A DNA stretch of 63,775 bases, the filler included, from Kipferlia bialata (taxonomy: Eukaryota): the NCBI GenBank assembly GCA_003568945.1. It is 4 parts of 4 records of this genome, joined end to end, with 100 filler letters (N's around TTAATTAATTAA, not from the genome) between each part and the next. Parts side by side here need not be neighbours in the genome. Positions count along the whole stretch, not along the records: positions 48,236 to 57,112 come from BDIP01000283.1; positions 57,213 to 63,775 come from BDIP01000291.1; 2 more parts are not named here. One strand, written 5' to 3'. Positions 53,281 through 63,775 of the stretch are shown piece by piece. The position numbers and the translations under genes are program-made. Positions within the stretch are counted from its first letter, which is position 1. The number at the start of each line of letters is the position of its first letter. Below the pieces are notes generated by a model that was not told where the DNA came from, did not search any database, and worked only from the letters and a program-made list of their open reading frames with translations.

Positions 53281-54388
53281 TCAGCCCTCCTTGTGAATGG
53301 TGTATCCTCTTCCCTCCAACACCCCGTTGATCTGCGCCAAGTTCTCCTCAGCACCTGTAGTATACCCCTCGCCGTCTCTCTCTGAGACTCTCTGGACACC
53401 AGCGTACACCTCTCCTTCGCCCTGTCTCTCCCACTCTCTGTGTAACAGAGCATTAATGACACCAAGTTGGTCTGCGAACTGAGCATACCCTTGTCCTTCT
53501 CCCTCTCTCTCTCTCTCCTCGTCTGCAGATGCACCCTGCTCGGACTCTGCACTCTCATCAATCTCACCCATCACAAGGTGGCCAATGAGCTTCCTTGGGT
53601 TACAAGACCAGTAAAGAGAAACAACAAAACAGGACAGGGACATAAGAACATACTAACGGACAACAACGCACTCCTAACTCAAGGTGACAGATCCACATTT
53701 GCAGTACATAGAAAACAGAGCTACGTACTCCTTGACCCTCTGCGACACATCGTCCATCCCAAACTGGACAACCTCACTCTGGATGACCTGGTCGTTAGTA
53801 TATGCATGTGTAGAACACTATACTGATATATATATGGGAAGTGAAAATACAAAGTGAGGGTCAAGAAATGTATTCAACTGGAGTGCTCTTTCTGTGAAAT
53901 TACTCGATGGCTTAGTACATGTAGACAATACCTCAAAGTGTCTGTCGAGCACTGGCACGATGTTCTCCTCCCACCAGGTCTGGGGGTAAGTATGAAGTAT
54001 GATACATTAATACTCAATGGTTCAATTGGTCACAATGACCATACCTGCTGGTCTCTCTGTGTATTGTATCAGTGTCAGTGTATATATACCTCTATGTTAA
54101 TGAGTGTATGTAAATATCGGTGTAACTAAAGAGAATGATGAATGATTAACCTGCTTGTCTCTGTGCTTGTCCAGGTACTCATCCATATCGGTACAGAGCT
54201 GCTCCATCTATAGGTGAGAAAGTGAAGGTGAGAGAGGGAGAGTGATAGTGTATGTGTAGCATATATAGGGCTTTGCAACCAAAGAGTGTATACCATACTC
54301 AATGCAATAGAGAGAATATGACACTTGACAACGGACAGTACACACACACACACACATACACATATATATATATATGCGTGTATGTATA

Positions 54389-54424
<36 letters not shown>

Positions 54425-54493
54425 TATATAGATATATGTATATATATCATGAACCTCGAAGTGTAGTATATATATAGAGAGAGTATTGTATAG

Positions 54494-54524
<31 letters not shown>

Positions 54525-56803
54525 TTGACCCAGCTTGCTGAGTAGGGGGATACCCACACCTGGAACAGAATCACAAATTCATATTCATATTCATACGTAT
54601 TACGCATGTGTACCTGTGTGATCCACCTGCTCAGAGTTCCGTTCACATCCACATAGCCCCATCCCCTGGGAGTAAGTGTTGAGTACAAAAGACATTCACA
54701 AATAAGAATTGACTATATATATTACATTGACTATGTATGCAGTATTTGGACTTACTGCAATATTTGGAAACTGCACCTGATGCTGTTTGTGTACCCCACA
54801 CTCCCGACCCATATCTGGTTGAGACTGGTTATGATGTCCCAGGCCAGTTCCACCCTGTCCCTATTGAACAGGTCCTTGGTGATGATGTGGCTGGAGTGAG
54901 ACTGGACGTGATGCATATTGGAATACATTGGTTATACATCATAGACTCCCGAACTTGAAGGCAAGAGACCTAACCTGAAAACTGCATAGTGTTAGCATCG
55001 ACTGCAATATATGACAGAGTGAAACTACTAAGCGAGTATAGTACCCACTATTCCCTCAGAAAGGTATTATATACACATTGCTATATATCTGCATTGCTTT
55101 GTATACTCACGTCTGAATCTGGTCGATCACAAGTTGTACACATCTGTCCAGGTGGTACTTGCTCTTGGTGTTGGACATCTTACGAATGGCGTCGATACCA
55201 GGGTATGCAAGCTGATGGTTAGTATGGCAGAGACCGAGAGGCCAAGAGCCCCAATCCCCTCCTGTAGTCAACCGATCCCTCTATACATGTGCTCTAAATG
55301 TACACATATACAATATCTGCTGAAGGTCACCTCTCTTTCTCTTCTATACACCCACTCCTTCCGCTCTCTAGCTTCCAGATTGTACATCACAATGTGTGAC
55401 CATACTCCTACATATGTAACTCTGTAATTTGTGTGCCAACAGTATCGCACACCTTCTGCAGCATAGCCACCAGCCTGTCCCTGTTGAACAGACAATACAT
55501 ACACACACACACACATATATATATATGTATATATATGTGTACTGTACAGTGACTGACCTTCTGCAGCCTAGCCACAAGCTTGTCCTTGTTGGGTAGAACC
55601 ATACTGGGGCCCCTCTTCTTGGGTACAAACCTGGGTCAGATGGAACAGTCTAAACACGACTGGGAATCATCGTATAGATAACACACAGTATACGTACTCT
55701 CCGTCCTCAGTCCATGTGCCCTTGGCCTGTTTGGGGGTGCCCTGGAGGTGGGTAGAGGCATACATATATTCACCTATATATACATTTATATATATTCAGG
55801 GAATACCTTCCCTGTTGCCCTGGAGGTGGGTACATGTATACTTATATACACCTATATATACATATATAGATATACAGGGTATACCTTCCCTGTTGCACTT
55901 TGGGGTGCCCTGGAGGTGGGTACATGTTCACATAATTTCACACACATGTATATACATGTAATACCTTCCCGGTTGCACTCTGTACCACCCTGAGCACCAG
56001 GTCGAACCTGCCATGAGTATACCTGCTTCATAATACACACTGATCAGAACTGATTCATCTGTGTTGGGAGTCTAAGCACCAGGTGCAAAGACAACGAACA
56101 GATATCAGCATCACCCTTCCAATATTACAATGCATCTAGTCACTTGATAGCTCATGTGACTCCACAGTATCATACCTGTTACCTGTCGAGCAGAGACCCT
56201 TGGACTGACGGTAAGAAATAGTCGATAGGATACATACTAGTACTCTCTAGCACACATTCTATCAGGCGAAGTATCTGTAATTTGACAAACACCAACCGTT
56301 TCTACATACTTTGATTACTACATCAGTATCTATGGCAGAGACTGATAGAAGACAGGATCTGAAAACATACACTGCTCTATCTACATATGACGCTTGTTAA
56401 TATGCCTTGAGTGTTGCCTTGATATCTGACACACATCTAGACATTATTAATATAATACATTGGTGTACGTATTGGTAGGCTACTTGTTTACGTAACAATC
56501 CTTGACATGCCTTGAGAGTTGCCTTGATATCTGCGACAGAGGGACCAGACTCATACTGAGGGAACCTAGATATTAAGGGCATATATATATATATAGAGAG
56601 AGAGAGAGGGTGATGAATGGATATACACCCTGAAGAACCAGAATCATACTGGGGGAACCTAGACGGTGACAGGTATCAGTTGCATAGACACGTATACATA
56701 TGCACGCATATATAGTATACACACACCTTCCCTCGTCCACCATCCTAGCCGTCATTGGCACTGTCCGTGCCTCATGGGCATAGGGGGAGGTGTGCTCACA
56801 GGC
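53281..56803 (-). CDS. Hypothetical multi-exon protein (5' partial)
   Basis: Chain of GT-AG exons, e.g. LAYPGIDAIRKMSN.., HIITKDLFNRDRVELAWDII.., TWWEENIVPVLDRHFE, and a terminal exon ending GYTIHKEG*. No family recognised. Confidence 0.55.
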
Positions 56804-56838
56804 CTGATGTGAGATATATATATATATATATATATACT

Positions 56839-56872
<34 letters not shown>

Positions 56873-57112
56873 TTTGACGTGCTCACAGGCCTGTAGCAAA
56901 ACATGTATCCATAGATATACATATACTGAGAGAGAGAGAAGGTTTGTGTGCCTCACGGTTACACATGGGTGAATGCCCATAGCTCTAGATCTCCTATTCA
57001 CACACACACATATACATATACATGTATGTCTATACACGTATTGCGAGGTGGGGTTGGGTCGGGTCGGGGGGGGGGAGGGGGGGGGGGGGGGGCCACCATC
57101 TTTTTAAAAAAA

Positions 57113-57212
57113 NNNNNNNNNNNNNNNNNNNNNNNNNNNNNNNNNNNNNNNNNNNNTTAATTAATTAANNNNNNNNNNNNNNNNNNNNNNNNNNNNNNNN
57201 NNNNNNNNNNNN
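57113..57212. other. Artificial scaffold linker
   Basis: N44-TTAATTAATTAA-N44. Confidence 0.97.
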
Positions 57213-57402
57213 TTTGGTTTTTGGAATTCCTATTTTTCCCCCCCCCCCCCCCCCCCCCCTTCCCTCTCTCTCTCTCTCTCTCATTCTCTCTCCCCCCCAA
57301 TATTACATACCTTTGGTATGATACTTCACTCCGTATTCTCTCCACTCACCGCCACTCTCTTGTCCCTCCTCTCAGAGGAGTCCTCTCTCTTCTGATAGTC
57401 TC

Positions 57403-57480
57403 CTCATCATCTCTTCTCATCATCTCTCCTCATCATCTCTTCTCATCATCTCTTCGCATCATCTCTTCTCATCATCTTTT
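57403..57480. repeat. 13-bp tandem repeat (CTCATCATCTCTT), about 6 copies
   Basis: Read directly from the sequence. Confidence 0.85.
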
Positions 57481-57691
57481 CTTTCCCCCTCCAATATCCT
57501 GTTTTCAACTGCTACTGTGGCATTGCAACACTATCCCATGAATATTTAATGTTTAATGTAGTATGTATCCAGTGAGTATACCATTAGTATCTCACCCCCT
57601 AGCCAGCCCCTCAAGTACTGGGACTCCAACTATATGTGTATATATATACATATGAATATACATTATTCTATATATATATATCTACCCCCAG

Positions 57692-60600
57692 CCAGCCCCT
57701 CAAGTACTGGGACTCCAAGTGTGGGGAGTACATCTGCCTCAAGTGCTACGGGGCAAAGGGGGACGAGGTGGATCTAAAGGTATACCTTCATCATACATAC
57801 TAGTGTTAGTGTATGCGAAGTCTCTCTAACTCTCTCTCTCTATCTCCTTTATCATACACTAGTGTATGCGAAGTCTCTCTCTATGTCTCTCTCTCTCTCT
57901 CCCTTCCCTCAGGACATCATCACTGTCAAGGATGACGCGTACCATGCCTCTGTGTGTGGCACCATAGCAGACAGAGTGAGGACGGGGGAGGAGGCAGGTA
58001 TATAATCATATGTGTAGTCATATATGGAGAGGGAGTGGTAGTTCATGACAGGGTCTTTGTGTATACATGGCTTATACATCCCCCTCACCCCAGATGCTGT
58101 GCTGGCTGCTGAGATCCACAGGCTGGAGAGGCTCAGGAGGAGGTATGTATAGACATAAATATCTGCGTCTAGTAGTGAATATGCTTATACAAAGGTATAG
58201 TCACCCACAGGCTGGAGAGGCTGAGGAGGAGGTAGACTAGTGTATACATTTATATATTAATAGTATTCATAATAGATCTGCATAGATATTTTGTATATAG
58301 CACTGTGTATACACAGGCTGGAGAGGCTCAGGAGGAAGTATACGCAATATAGTCTGTGCATATAGTAGTGTATATGCATGGTGGCTAGGTGGTATGACAG
58401 TGACAATGTTGCAGTCTATATGTGTGGCACTCTCTACAAATACTGATGCCTAGGTGGTATGACCGTGACAAGTCAGTGGAGAAGCACACGGCCAGTACAC
58501 CCGCTGATGCATTCCCAGCCATAGCAGAGGTAGGAGGATCACTCTCCTCTATATCATAATCCTGCAGAGGTAGGGGGTATCTCTCTCTTATATATCATAA
58601 CCCCAGCTCTGCAACGCTCATTCTGTCCTAGAGAGACCAGTGTACATTAGTGTTAGTATGTGGGCACTCACCTTCAGGTTCGCACTGCCCTCTCTGACCT
58701 TGACACTCTAGTGTGCGCCCTGTCCACAGCATGTGACACCAGGGGGGTGAGGGGGGTGGACATGCAGGTGGGTACATAAGTATGTTTATATGTTGGTATC
58801 AATGTCGATGTATATGTGTATGTGACACTAGGGGGGTCGACATGCAGGTGGGTATATATATGTGTATATATGTTGGTATCAATGGGTATACAAATGTGTA
58901 TGTGACACTAGGGGGGTCGACATGCAGGTGGGTATCTCTCTCTCTCCCTCTCTCTCTCTCTCTCTCCCTACCTCCAGGTCCAGACAGATGAGATTCGGGA
59001 GGAGGAGGAAGAGTCAGACCATGGTATGGGAGAGTTTGAATGGTCACATGTAGTAATATATACATATATGTACATATACTCAGAGGGGTGAAGACATCCG
59101 TGAGGAAGAGGAAGAGTCGGACCATGGTAGGGGAATGTGTATATGAAACTCTCTAGGCGGACCTGTGCATACTTAAAGAACACCGAAATGCACGCATACT
59201 TCCACTACATGTGGCCATAAGTCACATTTGGACTCACGCTTCAGACGACTCTATCCCCGAGGCCCTGTTTGACCCCCCTGAGGCAGGGGTGGTCATGTCA
59301 ACAGATATGAGGAGGTACATGTACTATATACCTCTAATCATAATACACCCACCCTTGATGTTGTTTCATCCTCAGGGGGGGTAATTATATATATTGACAG
59401 ACTGTACATATACTGTTATCTCACCTACAGGGGTGGTATTGATGGGGAACATCACGTCGTGCCCATAGCCAGGCAGCAGAGGGTAAGGCTTCCTTCTCTT
59501 CCTCTTTTGTTTCTTCATCAATCCCGAGATTATCTATCCCACATTAACAATGCATTATTATGTGATTGTGTATCTATGAATATATATGCACACTCTCACC
59601 CCAGATGCCAACTGACCACATCACACTGAATATATATCTATGTATGTATGTATACCTATGCATACTCTCACCCCAGATGCCCTCTGACCACATCCGACAG
59701 GCAGACTGGGTGCAGAAGCTCAAGTATAGGTGTGATAGAGTATATGCAGAGTATATATATATATACTCCAGAAGCTCAAGTACAGGTAAAGATGGGACTG
59801 AATACATAGTGTATACCCATGTATATATGTGTATATATACATATGTATAGTTGTGTTGGGACAGGCAGACTGGGTCCAGAAGCTCAAGTACAGGTTTGAG
59901 AGAGCTTAGTGTGTTGATATATTTGAATAGTGTCTTAATGCCGTTCAACAGTCCGATGACAATGAGGTATATCGAAAACACGTCCTCGCTAGCCCTCTCT
60001 GACTCCCCCAGGTGAGAAGGCATCGTGCACTCAACAGAAAGAGGAGACCACTTTTGATTTCGTATAATAGTATATTAGTATATTAGTATTATAGTACAAT
60101 AGTATATTATTAGCATAATTCACCTGTCAGGTGTGAGGGCATTGTGCACTCCCACCGGAAGAGGAGACCTGTGCCAGATGTGGACCCAGACACCCTCAAC
60201 AGAATGTGCACATACCTGTGGTGAGTACCGCAATGTACTATACATACTATATACTGAGTATTGAACACGTTTCACGATGTACTCTCAGCAGGACGTGCAA
60301 ATACCTGTGGTGAGTGATATATTCAGAGCAAAATTGTATGCCTAAGTGGTGAGTGGTGTGTATATAGTACTGAAGATGTACGGAGTCAATTGTCTGACGT
60401 TCCCAGGTACTATGGCGATGCTGCCGAGTGTAACACTGCACCTCCTATCAAGTTCCTCATTGAGGCAGTTGGGGTGTGGATGAAGAAAGGTACGTCACCA
60501 CATCTACACGATAGTGTCTAGTATGCATCTCTGTTTACGCCCAGAGTCCAACCGCCCCACCCTCATCTACGGTGGCCTCCTCCCCCCTCTGCTCTGTGCA

Positions 60601-62140
60601 CTATCTAGACAGAAGACACTGGCCCCACACACGTGCCTCAGGCTCTGTCAGTTTGTGGTGACGCTGGCAGGTATAGTCTATAGACTATAACCTATCGTAC
60701 CCACATATGTATCAGTTATGTACTATCATTGAACTATTCTCATCCTTTAGGTGAGGAGGAGGGCAAGAGTGAGCGGTGCGCCCTAGTAACTCTGGATGCA
60801 CTCAAACAGGCAGTGGGGAGGTACCATATGCAGTATTCTACATTATACTGTGTAGCATATACGCTGTGTGTATGATGGTGTCCTGAAAGGTCACACTAGG
60901 GGCACTCAAACAGGCAGTGGGGAGGTGGGATATATGGTGTAGATTACATTATGTGATGTATATAGTGAGCAAGAGTGTACTAGGAGCACTTCAACTGGGA
61001 CAGGAACGATAACCCAAAAATAAGCATTCCTCTGACCATGAGCCCAGTGTCATCTACAACAACAACAGCATATTCTAATATACATATGGGCATATTCAAT
61101 ATATAGTATGGACTTGCATATAGTATACATACATATAGTATCTAACCTGCAGTGTGAGGGCCAATGTCATCCACAACAACCACAACACGCACATCCACAG
61201 ATCCTATGAGAGGGCTCAGATACTCATGGGTATGGGAGACAGACTATACTCTCTATACATACTATATACAATGTAGAGTAAGTGTCATATATCTCTCATT
61301 ATAGCCTCATGCTCCTAGAGTCTTGTGTATACTCTACATGACAATACTCATGTATGTTGAAATACTAATTGACCCCCTCCCTAATGGACTAATAGATACT
61401 GTCTTACCTCAGCCCTCATGGGCCCCCTCCATGCTGAGGATGTGCCAGTGTACCAGACCCTGGCTGACCTGTGTGTGGAGCCTGCCACGGACGCAGTGTA
61501 TCACTTGGTCACAGACACTACCAACAAGCACCCACAGACAGAGGCCATAGGGGCAAGGTAGGGACACAATTACAGTGTACATATCCAAGGGTTGCTATTG
61601 GTAGAGTAGCTGTGCCTGTATATACTACTGGACTCCTCACCCTCTAGGTTGAGAGAGGGCATTGGTATCCTGATAGGAGCCGCAGACGATGGACACCAGA
61701 TAGCTGCCAGGCTGAGCGAGAAGCACAATCTAATGGAGGTATCTCTCTCTCCCTCTTACTCTCTCATGCTAGACCCCCATTCACATCAGCGTCTTCGGAA
61801 GATGGGTGCTGTTAATCCAGTCTATGAGAAGCTGCGGCAGAGGATTATAGAGGAAGGGAGAACGGGACATATGGAGCGGGAGAGAGAGCGAGAGCGAGAG
61901 AGAGAGAGAGAGATGGATAGAGGTCGAGGTCGGTCAAGACATGGTGATTGGGATAGACGTCCTGATTTTACGGAGAGGGAGAGGGAGAGGGAGAGAATTC
62001 CACAGGGAATGTACAGGGGTAGAGGGGGTGACCCCGATAGAGATGTGGGAGGGTGGAGGAGGGATCCAGGCTACAGTGACCGGAGAGATGACTACTATCG
62101 AAGCGACCATAGGGAGAATGATCGTCGAAGGGGTTGGTGA
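57692..62140 (+). CDS. B-box-like zinc finger, coiled-coil and helical region with an RD/RE/RG-rich tail (5' partial)
   Basis: QPLKYWDSKCGEYICLKC resembles the B-box LxxFCxxCxxxICxxC. About 16 exons; the last encodes RERERE..DRGRGRSRH..DRRRGW*. Confidence 0.55.
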
Positions 62141-63070
62141 TATGTAATAAACGCCCGGTAGCTCATTCCGTACACAGTATGGACTACCCACAGCTGGCCT
62201 AGATACTGTGGCATGTGTATGACACCCATAGAGAAAGAGACGGTCAATTACAAGTCAGAATATCTTGGCCTACGATTCTTTGATTTCATTAACTCTCTCG
62301 GTCTCTTTTGAGCATCCTTGCAAACTCTCTCACCATAGTTCACACATGAGCGAAAATATACAAGGGGAGTCTACGTATAACAAATACTTTGATATTCTGC
62401 ATGATCTAGTAATTCCTACCTTGTCACAAGGTAGTACCTTGTGTGGTTGGTGCCACCAACTTGGTGGGACTGGCAGCAGACGGGAGATCCGCCCGGGACG
62501 ACTCTGTGAACAAGCACTTGTTTGCGGAAAGCAGGGAGTGTCGTGACTCGGTAAAGCCAGACTTTCATGAGTGTCTTTGACTATTATCTGTTTACAAATG
62601 GTATTCACAGTCCTACCTGGGACGCACATGAGTACCGGAGCTTCTGGCCGATAATAGACCAGACTTCGTTAAGTACTACCGATCACGTGTTCACCTCCCT
62701 GGCACCAATTCCACCAATTTCCACTTCCTAAGAGAAATGCAAGTATCTACTGGACTCCAATAGTATCACCAGTAGAGTGACTAGGACATTGGGGTGATTG
62801 TGACTACGGTATGTGTTACGATTGTTAGTCTCTCGTAAATGGCTACTCCTCTAAGCAAATAACTATCCGTGCCGGAGTCATCATATGCATTATATGTGGA
62901 CTCATCTCCGTAACTAAACTGTCCCTAAGAGCAATGCAGAATCACGGTGGCACCAGCGCGGACACGCCGGTTAGCCAGAATGGTTACTTGTTTACCAGAG
63001 TGACACCGCTCGAAAGACTATGTCACGGTCCAAATAGACACGCCCAGGCCAATATATCTGCGCTTCTGGC

Positions 63071-63775
63071 TCAGTGATGCAGTAGTAGTGTGTCATGTAT
63101 CCTCGTGGTCTCACTGCGATCACTAATACACAAGTCCACCGTCAGTTCTAGCTCTGGGTCACATCCTATACTGTATGACCCATCAGACCCCCTTAGAGAT
63201 AATTGAGAACCAGACCGAGAGATTGTAACACGTGATTGAGACTTGCTTTCGGACGGTGTGAGCCTCTTCCACCCTCCGCCGGCCATAGCACAAAACACAA
63301 CTGTATTAACAGACGCTTCGATGAACGAACTGTGGTATTGATAGCAAGCTGGGATTGTGAGGTGGACTGTACGGTCTCCATCTCTATCCGTTGGTGATGT
63401 CATCTCTGCCCATGTCACCACACTCTCTGTCACACCAGGCTGCACCTCAAACCTTACTCCATGCTCTAGAGTCGGGGCATCCTTCCCTACTGGCAGCTGT
63501 TCTCCTGTGGTTAACCACTTGCTCAGCACCGCTCCACCCATTTGACACCCTCTAAGGTCAGCCATACTCAGGTCTGTCCCTCGAAGGTCCCACCCACTCA
63601 TATCCACTCCCCCTATCACTATGCCTCTCACGCTAGCCGCGACCTTCAGATGCTCAACTGAGAGTCCCCTAGCCCCAGTAAGATTAGCAGAACTGAGGTC
63701 ACACCCCACAAGGTTAGCCTCAGTGACGTCACACCTGGTGAGGTTTGCACCGGAGAAGTCTGACCCCGTGGCATC
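63071..63775 (-). CDS. Pentapeptide-repeat protein (5' partial, intronless in this window)
   Basis: SDFSGANLTRCDVTEANLVGCDLSSANLTGARGL..WDLRGTDLSMADLRGCQMGGAVL (A(D/N)Lxx repeats). Confidence 0.85.
   Translation of the reverse strand, partial: DATGSDFSGANLTRCDVTEANLVGCDLSSANLTGARGLSVEHLKVAASVRGIVIGGVDMSGWDLRGTDLSMADLRGCQMGGAVLSKWLTTGEQLPVGKDAPTLEHGVRFEVQPGVTESVVTWAEMTSPTDRDGDRTVHLTIPACYQYHSSFIEASVNTVVFCAMAGGGWKRLTPSESKSQSRVTISRSGSQLSLRGSDGSYSIGCDPELELTVDLCISDRSETTRIHDTLLLHH

Noticed and set aside
6700..61000. Regularly spaced 25-40 nt repeats with variable spacers resembling CRISPR arrays
   Set aside because: The repeats are copies of adjacent exon ends, the spacers are microsatellites, the DNA is eukaryotic and no cas genes are present.
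1..63775. Transposons, rRNA or tRNA genes
   Set aside because: I recognised no RT/transposase motifs, terminal repeats or structural RNA signatures.

Overview
Eukaryotic, intron-rich protist DNA. Intron style and gene content suggest a free-living fornicate such as Kipferlia (inference). Four unrelated scaffolds are joined by artificial N44-TTAATTAATTAA-N44 linkers (24055, 48136, 57113). Genes reconstructed by manual splicing: a ZNFX1-like helicase/RZ-finger E3; a TEX264/GyrI-like protein; an ~18 kb Kelch-like protein; a Siva-like zinc finger; an EFCAB10-like EF-hand protein; a TM/coiled-coil/discoidin receptor; a type I membrane protein; a WDFY3/ALFY-like BEACH-WD40-FYVE protein; an ELMOD protein; a B-box protein; a pentapeptide-repeat protein; and several hypothetical genes. 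The main anomaly is that most long introns contain serial partial copies ('echoes') of the adjacent exon end with the splice site intact, separated by (TA)n/(TC)n/(CA)n tracts. These supposedly non-coding copies differ from the real exon mostly by synonymous substitutions (for example 7 silent and 0 replacement changes in 28 nt at 39761-39788). This points to inter-allelic expansion/collapse at exon junctions, cryptic use of the copies in mRNA, or haplotype stacking by the assembler.
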